From NCBI GenBank assembly GCA_029251505.1, contig JAQXDG010000179.1:399-64398 (forward strand): a stretch of 64,000 nucleotides of DNA, given 5' to 3'. Both the position numbers and the translations under genes were made by a program. Within the stretch, counting starts at the first letter, position 1. Each line of letters starts with the position of its first letter. The notes under the pieces are model-generated. The model was not told the DNA's origin. It ran no database searches and saw only the letters and a list, made by a program, of their open reading frames with translations. This stretch comes from Glaciecola sp. GTDB lineage: Bacteria > Pseudomonadota > Gammaproteobacteria > Enterobacterales > Alteromonadaceae. This document shows, one piece after another, positions 42,718-53,793 of the stretch.

Positions 42718-44055
42718 CTAGCGTTCAACCGCTAATTTAAATACTTTGGATTTACGCGTAAAATTATACAATTCTTGTTTTTGTTGCGGTAAGTCACTGA
42801 TATCACCAGGGACAAAACCTTGCTCCAAAAACCAATGTGCTGTCAGCGTCGTGAGCACAAATAAGGTATGTAAGCCTTGTTCTATTGCTTGTGAACATAA
42901 TGCCTCTAAAACCCGCTCACCACGGCTATGGCCACGATATTCTGCATGGGTTGCAACACACGCAATTTCACCTAGCTGGTCTTGGGGATACGCATATAAC
43001 GCGGCACAGGCGATGATCATACCGTCTCGTTCGATTACCGTGAACTGGTCGATTTCATTTTCTAAGCGTTCGCGTGAACGTTTGACCAATGCACCTGATT
43101 CTTCGAGTGGTTTGATTAAGCTTAAGATCCCACCTACATCATTAATATCAGCTGGGCGAAGTTGTTCGTAATGGTTTTCCATAACCAGTGAACCTGTACC
43201 ATCTCGGGTAAACAGTTCTTTAATCAGCGCGCCATCGATGTCATAACTGACACAATGCGCTCTAGGAATACCTTGTTCTACACTGTTATGAAGCGCATTG
43301 ATAACACTTGGTTCATTGACGAGGTTACCTTGGTCAATCAACATTTCGAAACGCGCTAATTCAATATTACGATGTAAAATGAGCTCTGTGCCAGTATCGC
43401 CAGTGACTTTTTCCATGATCCCTTTGAATTCGGAAAAGGCAATCAGCTTATTTGCACTGAGTGCTTCTGCTGCGCGTGTAGCGACTTCTTCATGCGATAG
43501 ATTAAAGACTTCGCCTGTTGGTGAATAACCAATTGGCGATAACAATACAATAGATCCATCGTTAAGGTGGTCATTGATCCCTTGGATATCAATTCTGCGC
43601 ACAAATCCAGTATTTTCAAAATCGACACCATCACGAACGCCCATTGGCTTTGCAACAACTAGATTTCCTGAAGCAACGCGTATTTGTGCACCATGCATCG
43701 GTGAATTGGCCAGCCCCATGGTCAACAATGCCTCGACTTGTGAACGTACCGAACCGGCCGCGTCTTTGACACATTCTAAGGTGGTTTTATCAGTGATGCG
43801 CACATCACCATGAAACCGTCCCTTTATATTGCGTAATGCAATGCGCTCGTCAATCTGCGGACGGGCGCCATGCACGATCACCACTCGCACACCCAAGGTA
43901 TTGAGCAATGCAATATCGTGGATAATTGTCGGTAGAGTAGGGCTTTCTATCGCTTCACCGCTGATCATCAACACAAACGTTTTACCACGATGGGCATTGA
44001 TGTAGGGGGCTGAATTGCGAAACAGCGTGATCATATCTTGATGAGAAAGCACCAT
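42718..44055 (-). CDS. argA: N-acetylglutamate synthase (full-length: amino-acid-kinase fold plus GNAT)
   Basis: 445 aa. It has an N-terminal AAK-like domain (FVLMISGEAIES..., VVIVHGARPQID) and a C-terminal GNAT (EIACVATHAEYRGHSRGERVLE). Confidence 0.9.
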   Translation of the reverse strand: MVLSHQDMITLFRNSAPYINAHRGKTFVLMISGEAIESPTLPTIIHDIALLNTLGVRVVIVHGARPQIDERIALRNIKGRFHGDVRITDKTTLECVKDAAGSVRSQVEALLTMGLANSPMHGAQIRVASGNLVVAKPMGVRDGVDFENTGFVRRIDIQGINDHLNDGSIVLLSPIGYSPTGEVFNLSHEEVATRAAEALSANKLIAFSEFKGIMEKVTGDTGTELILHRNIELARFEMLIDQGNLVNEPSVINALHNSVEQGIPRAHCVSYDIDGALIKELFTRDGTGSLVMENHYEQLRPADINDVGGILSLIKPLEESGALVKRSRERLENEIDQFTVIERDGMIIACAALYAYPQDQLGEIACVATHAEYRGHSRGERVLEALCSQAIEQGLHTLFVLTTLTAHWFLEQGFVPGDISDLPQQKQELYNFTRKSKVFKLAVER

Positions 44056-44064
44056 TTACTGAGA

Positions 44065-45462
44065 CTACCTTTGTTGAGAATGTAATTGCTGGGCGACAAA
44101 TTCTGCCGCTGCTTTGACTGCTGCTGTCACAGGTTCAATACCTGTGCCGCCAAGGATATTACGTTTATCCACTAAGTATTCTAGTTGCAAAATTGGATAC
44201 ACATCGTCGGCAATGGTGTCCGAAAATTGTTGTAACTCAGGAATGCTCAATGCTTCGAGTGCCTTACCTTGCTCCAGTGCATACACAACGGCTTGACCCG
44301 AAATATCATGTGCTGTACGGAATGGAATACCCTTGCCGACCAGATAATCAGCTAATTCAGTGGCATTCGCATAACCTTGCTGAGCGGCTTGTTCACAACG
44401 TGCTTTGTCCAACGTAATCGTTTGTAAGACTTCGACACCAATAGACAAGCAAATATGCCATTGAGTCACCGCGTCAATTGCCCCTTCTTTGTCTTCTTGC
44501 ATGTCTTTGTTGTAGGCAAGCGGTAAGCCTTTCATTGTCACTAATAAGCCTTGTAATGCGCCAAATACACGGCCACATTTACCACGCATTAATTCTAACG
44601 CATCGGGGTTTTTCTTTTGTGGCATCAACGATGAGCCAGATGTGACGCTGTCACCTAATTTGATGAATTGCGCTTCACCAGAATTATAAAAAATTAAATC
44701 TTCGGCTAAACGAGACATATGCATCATACTCGTTGAGGCACAAAACAATAATTCTAATACAAAATCACGGTCAGATACGGCATCTAAGCTGTTGACACAA
44801 GGAGAGTCAAAACCCAATTGTGCTGCGATTTCATGACGGTCAACCGGATAAGTGGTTCCTGCCAATGCACCAGAACCCAGCGGGCATTGATTCATCCGAG
44901 TATGTAAATCATCTAAACGCGATAAGTCACGTTTAAGCATTTCAACATAGGCTAACGCCCAATGTGCAAAACGTACCGGTTGAGCACGCTGAAGATGCGT
45001 ATAACCAGGTAAAATCACATCCGTGTTAGCTTGTGCAACGCTGACTAGTTGGCCGATAAATGCGACTAAATCAGCGCGTAACATCACAATGTGATCTTTA
45101 ACCCATAACCTAAAATCAGTAGCGACTTGGTCATTACGAGAGCGGCCCGTATGTAGCTTTCGCGCTACATCACCTAATTGTTCTGTCAATGCTGCTTCGA
45201 CGAAGCTATGAATATCTTCTTCACCCGCTGCTAGATAATCTAATTCACCGAGTTCAGCTTTGCCTATCAGTTGGTTTAATGCATCTTCGAGTTGTGTTTG
45301 CTCGGCTTGCGTTAATACGCCGGCCTTACATAATGCACGTGACCATACAATTGAACCTGTCATGTCTTGTGTTGCCATGACTTGGTCAAAACCGATTGAA
45401 TCATTGACTTGGCGGAACATATTACTGCTTCCGCCGGCAAACCTACCGCCCCATAAAGCCAT
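44065..45462 (-). CDS. argH: Argininosuccinate lyase
   Basis: MALWGGRF start and the fumarate-lyase signature [12 protein letters not shown]. Confidence 0.95.
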   Translation of the reverse strand: MALWGGRFAGGSSNMFRQVNDSIGFDQVMATQDMTGSIVWSRALCKAGVLTQAEQTQLEDALNQLIGKAELGELDYLAAGEEDIHSFVEAALTEQLGDVARKLHTGRSRNDQVATDFRLWVKDHIVMLRADLVAFIGQLVSVAQANTDVILPGYTHLQRAQPVRFAHWALAYVEMLKRDLSRLDDLHTRMNQCPLGSGALAGTTYPVDRHEIAAQLGFDSPCVNSLDAVSDRDFVLELLFCASTSMMHMSRLAEDLIFYNSGEAQFIKLGDSVTSGSSLMPQKKNPDALELMRGKCGRVFGALQGLLVTMKGLPLAYNKDMQEDKEGAIDAVTQWHICLSIGVEVLQTITLDKARCEQAAQQGYANATELADYLVGKGIPFRTAHDISGQAVVYALEQGKALEALSIPELQQFSDTIADDVYPILQLEYLVDKRNILGGTGIEPVTAAVKAAAEFVAQQLHSQQR

Positions 45463-45465
45463 GTA

Positions 45466-46716
45466 TTACCCCTTTTTATCCATGTCGTGCATCGCTTTGA
45501 TACGACTAGATAAACTAAATAAACGGATAAAGCCTTCGGCATGGGATTGGTCATAAACATCATCAGCACCAAACGTCGCAAAATCTTCAGAATATAAGCT
45601 GTTAGGTGATTTACGCTGTGTGACGGTTGCAGAACCTTTGTATAGCTTAATCACGATTTCACCTGTGACCAATTTAGCAAATGAATCCGCGCCGGCTAAT
45701 AACGCATCATTTAAGGCAGTAAACCAACGTCCATCATACATGACGTGAGCAAACTCAAGACCTAACTGCTCGCGGAATTTTAACGCTGATTTATCAAGGA
45801 CTAATGCTTCAAGCGCTTTGTATGCTTTCACTAATACTGTACCACCTGGGGTTTCATAACAGCCACGTGACTTCATTCCGACTAAGCGGTTTTCAACAAT
45901 ATCAATTCGGCCAACACCATGTGGTGCAGCGATACGGTTCAATTCAACCAAGGCATCATAGGCGCCAAATGCTTGTCCATTAACATGAGTTAACTCACCT
46001 TCAGCAAAGGTCAGGCTAATTTTTTCTGGTGTATCTGGTGCATCCATTGGGTCAGCAGTTAAGGTCCAAATACCTTTAGTTGGCTCATTCCAAGGATCTT
46101 CTAGCTCGCCACCTTCATGTGAGATGTGCCAAGCATTGGCATCACGACTATAAATTTTAGTTGCAGACGCAGTGGTTTGAATATTACGTTCAGCTAAATA
46201 ATCTAATAAATCTTCACGTGAGACCATGTCCCACTCACGCCAAGGGGCGATAACGGTTAAATCAGGCGCAAGGGCGGCAAACGCGCCTTCAAAACGTACT
46301 TGGTCATTACCTTTACCGGTACAACCGTGGCATAAGGCATCGGCACCTACTTTACGGGCAATCTCAACTTGCGCTTTGGCAATAACCGGACGCGCCATGG
46401 ATGTACCTAATAAATATTCGCCTTCATATACTGCACCGGTTTTGACCGTTGGGTAGATAAAATCTTTCACGAATTCTTGTTTTAGATCCATGATGTAACA
46501 TTCACTTGCACCACTAGCGATGGCTTTATCATGTAAGCCTTCTAGTTCTTCATCACCTTGGCCAACATCAGCGGCAAAGGCGATGACTTCACAATCATAG
46601 TTCTCTTTTAACCATGGAATGATGGCAGAAGTATCCAGACCGCCAGAGTAGGCTAAAACGACTTTTTTAATATTAGGTTTAGTTGCAGATGATTTCACGT
46701 GTGTACTCTTATTCAA
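45466..46716 (-). CDS. argG: Argininosuccinate synthase
   Basis: ATP-binding AYSGGLDTS, plus [13 protein letters not shown]. Confidence 0.95.
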   Translation of the reverse strand: MNKSTHVKSSATKPNIKKVVLAYSGGLDTSAIIPWLKENYDCEVIAFAADVGQGDEELEGLHDKAIASGASECYIMDLKQEFVKDFIYPTVKTGAVYEGEYLLGTSMARPVIAKAQVEIARKVGADALCHGCTGKGNDQVRFEGAFAALAPDLTVIAPWREWDMVSREDLLDYLAERNIQTTASATKIYSRDANAWHISHEGGELEDPWNEPTKGIWTLTADPMDAPDTPEKISLTFAEGELTHVNGQAFGAYDALVELNRIAAPHGVGRIDIVENRLVGMKSRGCYETPGGTVLVKAYKALEALVLDKSALKFREQLGLEFAHVMYDGRWFTALNDALLAGADSFAKLVTGEIVIKLYKGSATVTQRKSPNSLYSEDFATFGADDVYDQSHAEGFIRLFSLSSRIKAMHDMDKKG

Positions 46717-46721
46717 TAGTG

Positions 46722-47642
46722 TTAATTAACGTAGTTACCTAACAAGGTAATTAAAATTGCATTTTGTGCGTGCATGCGGTTTTCGGCTTGCATCATTAAT
46801 AATGAAGCGGGCGAGTCGATCAACGAGCTGGTGATCTCAAGATCACGGTGTGCTGGTTGACAATGCATGACATACTTAGCTCCGCATTGCTGCATCAGCG
46901 CTTCATTGACCTGATAAGGCATAAAGGTTTCTTTAATTTGTGCCAATGGCGTATTATCGCCCATGGATAACCACGTGTCAGTATAAATTACATCAGCTTG
47001 CACTAACTTGGTAATATCCGTGAGTTCAGTAATACTGGCACCAGTTTGTTGTGCGAGGTTTTTGGCTAATGCGACTATCTCAGAGTTGGCTTCATGTCCT
47101 ACTGGTGTCACGACAACTTGATTAACACCCAGTAATGCACCTACGATTAATAGTGAATGCGTGACATTATTACCATCACCAATATAGGCCATCGTGCGGC
47201 CTTTGACGTCATGGAAAATCTCGGCCATCGCCAAATAATCAGCTAATGCTTGGCACGGGTGATACAAATCACACAACGCATTAACGACTGGAACACTGGC
47301 ATATTCAGCTAATTCTTCTAATGTTTCGTGTTTAAATACGCGGGCAATAATCCCATCACACCAACAAGATAAGTTTAACGCCATGTCTTTGGTATCCTCA
47401 CGACCAGCTAAGTTATTTGACTGGCTGTCGAGATAGACTAGGTGCCCACCTAATTTTTGAATACCAATATCAAAGCTAACACGGGTGCGCAATGATGGCT
47501 TTTCAAATAAAGCGACCAACGATTTACCTTTTAAGGCGTCGCGGTAATCGGATGGCGATTTTTTAACATTCAAGGCTAATGCTAATAAGGCCTGCATTTG
47601 TTCGACACTGGTGTCTTTGAACGTTAATAGATTATCTTGCAT
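46722..47642 (-). CDS. argF: Ornithine carbamoyltransferase (short, about 300-aa type)
   Basis: Carbamoyl-phosphate motif as [13 protein letters not shown], the ornithine motif DTWLSMG, and an HCQP variant of HCLP. It lies inside the arg cluster. Confidence 0.85.
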   Translation of the reverse strand: MQDNLLTFKDTSVEQMQALLALALNVKKSPSDYRDALKGKSLVALFEKPSLRTRVSFDIGIQKLGGHLVYLDSQSNNLAGREDTKDMALNLSCWCDGIIARVFKHETLEELAEYASVPVVNALCDLYHPCQALADYLAMAEIFHDVKGRTMAYIGDGNNVTHSLLIVGALLGVNQVVVTPVGHEANSEIVALAKNLAQQTGASITELTDITKLVQADVIYTDTWLSMGDNTPLAQIKETFMPYQVNEALMQQCGAKYVMHCQPAHRDLEITSSLIDSPASLLMMQAENRMHAQNAILITLLGNYVN

Positions 47643-47661
47643 AGGTCATCCTGTCAGTGCG

Positions 47662-48441
47662 TTATTGTGGAATAATATGAGTGCCGACACCATTAAGGTT
47701 TGGGCGTAAAAATGCTTCTGAATCTGACCAAGCGCCAATGACGACAGGGCGATTAAGGGTATTCGCAGCGGTAAACGCGGCATCGACTTTGACCCGCATT
47801 CCATCAATTAATACACCGTCATCAGTTAACTGATTGGCTTGCGCTTGCGTCAAACTCTCTACTTTATCTTTGTTACCATTGAGCACACCTGGTACATCTG
47901 ACAGTAATAATAAATCAGCATGTAATAAACATGCAATAGCTGTCGCCGCTTGATCGGCATTGACATTTACTAGTTGACCATTGGGTGATGCCCCAACTGA
48001 GTTAATAATGGGTAATTGACCGATTTGTAGTAAGGTTTTGGGCAGGTGTGCGGCATGCGGTTGTGCATCCCCTACGGCACCTAATTGGCGGTCGATAATA
48101 CTACATTGTGTCATCCCGCCATCGGCTAAGGTTAAGCCAACGGCTAAAATATTTTGAGCAATCGCAAAACTTAACATTTTGGTGTTGTACGTGCCTGCTA
48201 ATGCACCTGCTACATAGGGCATATGTTCTGCAGGAGTGACACGCAGGCCATTAATTTTATGACTTTCTAAACCAAGTGTTTCCAATAAATTTTGTACACC
48301 TGCACCGCCACCATGGACGATGACAACCGGTCTAATGGATTGTAATTTAGCGATATTTTGGAAAAAAACATCTTGTCCTCGAGGCGCATCAATAAATGCG
48401 CCGCCCACTTTGATAACAAGTGGTGTTGGTGCTTTAGTCAT
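47662..48441 (-). CDS. argB: Acetylglutamate kinase
   Basis: LVIKVGGAF and VVIVHGGGAG. An ATGA overlap links it to argC. Confidence 0.9.
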   Translation of the reverse strand: MTKAPTPLVIKVGGAFIDAPRGQDVFFQNIAKLQSIRPVVIVHGGGAGVQNLLETLGLESHKINGLRVTPAEHMPYVAGALAGTYNTKMLSFAIAQNILAVGLTLADGGMTQCSIIDRQLGAVGDAQPHAAHLPKTLLQIGQLPIINSVGASPNGQLVNVNADQAATAIACLLHADLLLLSDVPGVLNGNKDKVESLTQAQANQLTDDGVLIDGMRVKVDAAFTAANTLNRPVVIGAWSDSEAFLRPNLNGVGTHIIPQ

Positions 48442-49475
48442 AATGAATTGCTCGCAACAGGCTGGGCAATTAAGCCGTGAGTAATCGGGTAGTTGTGCGT
48501 TAAATTAGCACACTGGACAGCCTGAGATGCAGCGCCTTTTAAGACGTTATCAATGGCAGTAGTAACCACGACATATTCTGCTTCTGCATCATATTTAAAA
48601 TACACATCACAATAGGGAGTATTGACGACATCATCAATTTTTGGGGCGCTAGCACGTAAACGCACAAACGGTGTATCGGCATACGCTTGGGTAAAGGCTT
48701 GTTGCACTTGAGCTAATGTCGTTCCCGGTTTTAATTGAGCCGTGCTGGTTGCTAAAATACCGCGTTTGAAGTTACCTAAATGCGGGGTAAAGATAATAGG
48801 TTGACCTAAATACGCTTCGATTTCTGGTTGATGACGATGACCTAAAATACCGTAGGCTTGCAGTGACACCTCACAAAAACTGTTAGTCATAGAAGCTTTA
48901 CGACCAGCACCACTCACGCCGGATACCGCATTAATGACAGGGCGGGTTGAGGTCAGTAAGTCAGCTGCAGCTAATGGCTTTAATCCTGATAAGCTAGCGG
49001 TAGGATAACACCCTGGTACAGCAATGACGGATGCGTTGCTAATTTGTTCTGGATACCATTCTGCCAAGCCATAAACCGCTTGTTTAAGCCATTCTCCGCA
49101 GGTATGAGCAAAGCCATAATATTGGGCAAATACGTCTTTGTCTTGGATCCTAAAGGCACCGGATAAATCATAAATAACCGCGCGCTTACCCGCTAAAACG
49201 GGCATCCAATCGTGGCTTGCTTCATGTGGCGTAGCCAAAAAAATGGCATCACAATCCCACGCCATTTGCGCTAAGATTGCATCATTAATCGGGACCAAAG
49301 GTAAATCGCAGACGCCAATTAAGCTAGCATGACACTCACTTATAGGTAAGCCGGCATCAGTAGAATGTTCTGAGACATAAAGCGTTTCTAAGGCAAAGCC
49401 TTCATGATGGGCTAAAATATTGACTAATTCTGCGCCTGTGTAACCACTTGCGCCGATAATACAGGTTTTAATCAT
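48438..49475 (-). CDS. argC: N-acetyl-gamma-glutamyl-phosphate reductase
   Basis: IIGASGYTGAEL NAD fold, and the active-site Cys in VPGCYPTA. Confidence 0.95.
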   Translation of the reverse strand: MIKTCIIGASGYTGAELVNILAHHEGFALETLYVSEHSTDAGLPISECHASLIGVCDLPLVPINDAILAQMAWDCDAIFLATPHEASHDWMPVLAGKRAVIYDLSGAFRIQDKDVFAQYYGFAHTCGEWLKQAVYGLAEWYPEQISNASVIAVPGCYPTASLSGLKPLAAADLLTSTRPVINAVSGVSGAGRKASMTNSFCEVSLQAYGILGHRHQPEIEAYLGQPIIFTPHLGNFKRGILATSTAQLKPGTTLAQVQQAFTQAYADTPFVRLRASAPKIDDVVNTPYCDVYFKYDAEAEYVVVTTAIDNVLKGAASQAVQCANLTHNYPITHGLIAQPVASNSL

Positions 49476-49537
49476 GTTAGTTTGGATCCTGTGTCCATGC
49501 TGTTATTATGTATTTGCATAGAATAATTAAGAAAAAC

Positions 49538-49593
49538 CACTTTCACCTTTACTTATCAATGACACGACTCATTGCTAAGTAAAGGTAAAAGTG
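49538..49593 (-). terminator. Long near-perfect hairpin with a T-rich tail on the minus strand, inside the argC leader (attenuator, terminator or palindromic element)
   Basis: Outer stem pairs 17 of 18 positions (49538-49555 with 49576-49593). The inner 6-bp stem CAATGA/TCATTG has a 6-nt loop. On the minus strand it is followed at once by GTTTTTCTTAATTATT. Confidence 0.4.
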
Positions 49594-49677
49594 CAGCTAC
49601 TTCTAAATTTGCACACTCAACGCAAATTTACTCGAAAGTAGCCCAGGCAGGGAGAGTGTAAATACTTATCTGTGTTG

Positions 49678-49706
49678 ATTTTACAATAACTGTATAGTTA
49701 TGCAAA
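49678..49706 (-). promoter_or_regulatory. Sigma70-like promoter candidate for argCBFGHA
   Basis: On the minus strand: TTTGCA (49706-49701), a 17-nt spacer and TAAAAT (49683-49678). The -35 overlaps one ARG box. Confidence 0.35.
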
Positions 49707-49727
49707 TAAAATGTATAAATATTCATA
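49689..49727. promoter_or_regulatory. Tandem ARG boxes (ArgR operator candidate)
   Basis: Read on the minus strand, the cores are TGAATATTTATACA (49725-49712) and TGCATAACTATACA (49704-49691). The consensus is TGAATwwwwATTCA. Start-to-start spacing is exactly 21 bp, as for paired 18-bp boxes separated by 3 bp. Confidence 0.55.
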
Positions 49728-49790
49728 AAAAAGATCGTTATACTTTGGTTTTATGCCCTTTGTGAAACGTGTTTTAGCGGAGATGGAGTA

Positions 49791-50777
49791 ATGGTAACAG
49801 AAACCCAATTAGAAAATGGCTATGCTGCACAAATTGATGGTTGGTTTGAGCGCCACGCACAAACAGGTATGCTGAGTATGGCTGATGGCGTTGAATGTGC
49901 CTTTGCTATAGTACTCGCTCAGACTGCAACACCTGATTCTGCGTCTTGTGCAGCGCTAACAAAAAGACAAACCCTTGTTATTAGTTCGGGTCGGGTTGAG
50001 AGCTATGTTAAATATAAAGAGGTCATATTCGACTTACATCATGCTGGTTTTGATATATTTATTATGGATCATCGAGGGCAGGGATTATCACAACGCAGCT
50101 CTCCTAATCCCATGCATGGTTATATTAATGACTTTCAACAATATGTTGATGATTTGTTGTGCTTTGTTGACGAGGTAGTGTATCAGTATTGTGCTCAACC
50201 ACTATTATTATGCCATTCAATGGGCAGCACGATCGGAGCATTAGCGATCTTGCAACGCCCTCAGCAATTTGCAAAAGTCGTCTTTAGTGCACCGATGTTT
50301 GGTTTACGCGTGCCGCTCCCGATTTGGCTCGCGCATATTGTGATGAAGTTGGGGCTATTGACGAGTCAGTTAGTGGGTCGACCAATGTATTTTATCGGGC
50401 AGGGAGATTATGCACCTGTTGCTTTTAGCCAAAACCGATTAATGCAATCTTCATTACGTTATGCTCGATTTAGAGAATCTCAGCAGCAATACCCAGAGAC
50501 ACAATTAGGTGGTGTGACTTATCAATGGGTCGCGGCAGCTAATATTGCATTAGCACGATTACATGCCCAAGCTGATCAGCTCACGTTGCCGGTATTATGC
50601 CTAAGTGCACAAGATGATGTCGTGGTCGATAATCAATTACAACAGACGTTGGTTAAGCAAATGCCCAATGCGCGGTGGCAAGATGTCCCTGAATCTAGAC
50701 ATGAAATTTTATTTGAAAAAGATGCAATAAGAAATCCGGCATTAACGACAATAGTGCGTTTTTTACAAGATAAGTAG
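49791..50777 (+). CDS. pldB: Lysophospholipase L2-like alpha/beta hydrolase
   Basis: SGRVESYVKYKEVIFDLHHAGFDIFIMDHRGQGLS and the nucleophile elbow CHSMGS closely resemble E. coli PldB as I remember it. Length is 328 aa. Confidence 0.65.
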   Translation: MVTETQLENGYAAQIDGWFERHAQTGMLSMADGVECAFAIVLAQTATPDSASCAALTKRQTLVISSGRVESYVKYKEVIFDLHHAGFDIFIMDHRGQGLSQRSSPNPMHGYINDFQQYVDDLLCFVDEVVYQYCAQPLLLCHSMGSTIGALAILQRPQQFAKVVFSAPMFGLRVPLPIWLAHIVMKLGLLTSQLVGRPMYFIGQGDYAPVAFSQNRLMQSSLRYARFRESQQQYPETQLGGVTYQWVAAANIALARLHAQADQLTLPVLCLSAQDDVVVDNQLQQTLVKQMPNARWQDVPESRHEILFEKDAIRNPALTTIVRFLQDK

Positions 50778-50875
50778 CCCGTTTTATCAAGAACATTAGC
50801 CTGTAAGACCTGCTTTAGGTTATTATGGGTGACTGTTTTTATTATCGACCTAAACTTGCGAAGGCGGCTTTTTCT

Positions 50876-51340
50876 ATGCTGGATATTGTATTATACGAAC
50901 CTGAGATCCCACCTAACACCGGTAATATCATTCGCTTATGCGCTAACTCGGGTTTTGCCTTGCATTTAATTGAGCCATTAGGATTTGCTTGGGATGATAA
51001 GAAAGTACGTCGAGCGGGATTGGATTATCATGAGTTTGCCCATGTTCAGCGTCATCCTAACTTAGAGGCGTATTTGCAAAGTGCCCAACCTAAGCGAGTG
51101 TTTGCCTGCACCACTAAAGGCTCAATGTTTCATTCCAAAGCGAGCTATCAAGTTGGTGATTGCTTGATTTTCGGCCCTGAAACTCGAGGCTTACCGCATG
51201 ATTTTATAATGAGTTTACCACCTGAGCAGCGTGTGCGTATTCCGATGTTACCCGATAGCCGTAGTATGAATTTGTCTAATTCTGTGGCTGTATTTATTTA
51301 TGAAGCATGGCGTCAAATGGATTTTTCCGGAGGAGTTTAG
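50876..51340 (+). CDS. trmL: tRNA (cytidine/uridine-2'-O)-methyltransferase, SpoU/TrmL family
   Basis: [27 protein letters not shown] start, a C-terminal knot region (IPM...[10 protein letters not shown]), and 154 aa from the ATG at 50876. Confidence 0.85.
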   Translation: MLDIVLYEPEIPPNTGNIIRLCANSGFALHLIEPLGFAWDDKKVRRAGLDYHEFAHVQRHPNLEAYLQSAQPKRVFACTTKGSMFHSKASYQVGDCLIFGPETRGLPHDFIMSLPPEQRVRIPMLPDSRSMNLSNSVAVFIYEAWRQMDFSGGV

Positions 51341-51373
51341 TTGGTGCCGTTTTAGGAGAAACTTGTCCCGCAG

Positions 51374-52378
51374 CTACTCGGTTTCATGTTTGGGTGTACG
51401 ACTTAATAAGGCTTGAGCGGCCAGTTTGACATTTTTACCTTCGTATAAGACTTGGTAAATTTGTTCGCAAATCGGCATTTCTACCCCCATTCGTGCAGAA
51501 AGCGCATGGACTTCTTCGGTATTACGAAATCCTTCAACGACTTGGCCAATTTCAGCAATAGCATCGGTCACACTTCTACCTGCACCTAATGCTAAACCAA
51601 AGCGACGATTACGCGATTGGTTATCGGTACACGTTAATACTAAATCACCTAATCCAGCCATACCAGTAAACGTATCGGGCTTGGCTTGCATCGCACAACC
51701 TAAGCGAGACATCTCTGCCAGACCTCGTGTAATTAATGCGGTACGCGCATTTGCACCAAACCCTAAGCCATCAGCTAAGCCTGCACCAATCGCAATGACG
51801 TTTTTTACTGCGCCACCAAGTTGCACACCAATCACATCATCGTTGTGATAGACTCGAAAAGATTTTTCGCAATGCAGTTTAGCGGCAATCGCTTGCCCTA
51901 ATGCATCATCAGAGGTTGCAAGAGAAATAGCCGTTGGCATGCCTGCAGCCATTTCTTTGGCAAAAGTTGGACCGGATAACACCGCAAAAGGGCGATTAGG
52001 TCCCACAATATCTGCGGCAACGTCCATTAACAAACGACCCGTTTTAGGTTCAAGACCTTTAGTCGCCCAAACAATACGATGTTGTGCTGTTAAATGCGGT
52101 GCAAGTAATTGCAGGGTTTCGGCAAAGGCATGAGAGGGCACAACAACTAAAATGTCTTCACTATGTGAAATAGCATCGGCAATGTCGGGTTCAAGTTGCA
52201 GAGCATCAGGAAAACGATAACCGGGAAGGTACTGTTGGTTTTCTCTGGTTTGGGACATCACAGCAAGCTGTTGTTTATTCCGTCCCCAGAGATACGTCTC
52301 TACGCCATTGCGTGCTAAGCACATTGCTAATGCAGTGCCATATGAGCCTGCACCGATAACACTAATGGCGTTTGACAT
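51374..52378 (-). CDS. gpsA: NAD(P)H-dependent glycerol-3-phosphate dehydrogenase
   Basis: [12 protein letters not shown] Rossmann motif, plus [12 protein letters not shown]. It sits in the secB-gpsA context. Confidence 0.95.
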   Translation of the reverse strand: MSNAISVIGAGSYGTALAMCLARNGVETYLWGRNKQQLAVMSQTRENQQYLPGYRFPDALQLEPDIADAISHSEDILVVVPSHAFAETLQLLAPHLTAQHRIVWATKGLEPKTGRLLMDVAADIVGPNRPFAVLSGPTFAKEMAAGMPTAISLATSDDALGQAIAAKLHCEKSFRVYHNDDVIGVQLGGAVKNVIAIGAGLADGLGFGANARTALITRGLAEMSRLGCAMQAKPDTFTGMAGLGDLVLTCTDNQSRNRRFGLALGAGRSVTDAIAEIGQVVEGFRNTEEVHALSARMGVEMPICEQIYQVLYEGKNVKLAAQALLSRTPKHETE

Positions 52379-52399
52379 GGTTTTATGACCTTATGTGAC

Positions 52400-52897
52400 T
52401 TATGCGTCAGCTTGTGGTGTCTTACCTTGTTCTTCAGCCGCGCGTTTTTGTACGTATGCTTGGAACACGGCATCAAAGTTAACCGGTGCTAAGTTAAGCG
52501 CAGGGAATGTACCGCGGTTGACTAAGTTTGAAATTGCTTCACGTGCATATGGGAACAGTGTATTTGGGCAGAAAGCACCCAATAATTGTGCACGATTTCC
52601 TTCAGGCATCGCACCAATTTGGAATAAACCAGCTTGTTGTACTTCACACAAAAATGCCACTTCGTTTTCAATTGTCGCTGTCACTGTGACAGATAGAACA
52701 ACTTCAAATAAATTTTCTTCAACTAAGGTGGTTTTAGTATCTAAATCAAGCTTAACTTCAGGCTTCCATTCTTTCACAAAAATAGCAGGTGAATTAGGCG
52801 TCTCAAACGAGATGTCTTTAGTGTAGATACGTTGAATATTAAATTGTACAGATTGTTCCTGTGGCGCAGCGCCATTTACTTGTTGTTCGTCAGCCAT
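52400..52897 (-). CDS. secB: Protein-export chaperone SecB
   Basis: [14 protein letters not shown] and [13 protein letters not shown], with an acidic C-terminal tail. Confidence 0.92.
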   Translation of the reverse strand: MADEQQVNGAAPQEQSVQFNIQRIYTKDISFETPNSPAIFVKEWKPEVKLDLDTKTTLVEENLFEVVLSVTVTATIENEVAFLCEVQQAGLFQIGAMPEGNRAQLLGAFCPNTLFPYAREAISNLVNRGTFPALNLAPVNFDAVFQAYVQKRAAEEQGKTPQADA

Positions 52898-52928
52898 GCT
52901 GTAAGTCCTATAAATTGATTAAAATGGT

Positions 52929-53186
52929 TTATGCCAAAAGTGCGTCTAATTTACCTTGATATTCAAGGGCAAATAAATCATCACAACCACCTATATGGGC
53001 GTCATTGATAAATATTTGAGGCACGGTTGAATGGCCGTTTGCGCGAGTAATCATTACCTCGCGTTGTGCTGGATGGTCAAGGATATCGGTATTTGAAAAG
53101 TCGACACCTTTTTGCGTTAATAACGCCACTGCTCGTCGGCAAAACGGGCAGTAATCTTTGGTATAAAGTTCAACGTTAGCCATCAA
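52929..53186 (-). CDS. grxC: Glutaredoxin 3
   Basis: 85 aa with a CPFC active site, TVPQIFI and GGCDDL. Confidence 0.9.
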   Translation of the reverse strand: MMANVELYTKDYCPFCRRAVALLTQKGVDFSNTDILDHPAQREVMITRANGHSTVPQIFINDAHIGGCDDLFALEYQGKLDALLA

Positions 53187-53192
53187 TACTTC

Positions 53193-53618
53193 CTATTTCG
53201 TTGTTGGCAAATTAGCTGAAGACCACGCACTCATGCCACCTTCTAGCACGGCAGCTTCGCTGAAGCCGGCTTTTAAAAGCTGTGATGCGGTCTTTTTGGC
53301 GTTCATACCCATTGCACATACTACTATAATGGGTTGTGATTTATGTTTTTCAAGTTTACTGAAGTCAGCACTATCAATTTCACTTGGTTTTAGCTGGCGT
53401 GCACCAACAATATGACCTTTTTTAAATTCATCCGGTTTACGTATATCCAGTAGCACCGCATCTTCTTTATTTATTTTAAGAGTTGCTTGATGGGTGTTCA
53501 GCTCTTTTACCTCAGACAATGCGCCGGCGACAAAGGTGTAGATAATCAAGATGATTAACGCCAACCACACGCCTGATAAGAAAAAGTTATTTTGTGCAAA
53601 CTCGACAATTTGTTCCAT
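53193..53618 (-). CDS. yibN: Membrane-anchored rhodanese-domain protein (YibN-like)
   Basis: N-terminal TM helix and a rhodanese active-site loop (VVCAMGMNA). It sits in the conserved yibN-grxC-secB-gpsA order. Confidence 0.8.
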   Translation of the reverse strand: MEQIVEFAQNNFFLSGVWLALIILIIYTFVAGALSEVKELNTHQATLKINKEDAVLLDIRKPDEFKKGHIVGARQLKPSEIDSADFSKLEKHKSQPIIVVCAMGMNAKKTASQLLKAGFSEAAVLEGGMSAWSSANLPTTK

Positions 53619-53793
53619 GAAAAATCACCATCACTAAAAATTTAAGAGTGCAAAGTATATCGAAAATCATAGATTTGACTAGTACTGATATGAATTTGCT
53701 AAAAAATATCTACGAAATAGTGACATTTGCTTTATACCCGCAGCGTAAAATGATAATTTATATAGCGCAAAATTAACTATCTTTGAGGTAAAC

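Noticed and set aside
46722-47642. argF carries SLRTR instead of STRTR and HCQP instead of HCLP, which raises the possibility of an acetyl- or succinyl-ornithine transcarbamylase.
   Set aside because: The ornithine-binding DxxxSMG motif (DTWLSMG) is intact, and the gene sits in a canonical arg cluster. I believe the SLRTR variant occurs in other short (about 300-aa) bona fide OTCases. The distinction cannot be made without an alignment.
49791-50777. The idea that the alpha/beta hydrolase divergent from argC, which shares the ARG-box region, replaces the missing argE (acetylornithine deacetylase). E. coli argE occupies that position.
   Set aside because: The protein matches lysophospholipase L2 (PldB) closely along its core (GRVESYVKY...DHRGQGLS...HSMGS), so it is most simply a pldB orthologue. 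argE or argJ may lie elsewhere in the genome. The shared operator is probably positional coincidence.
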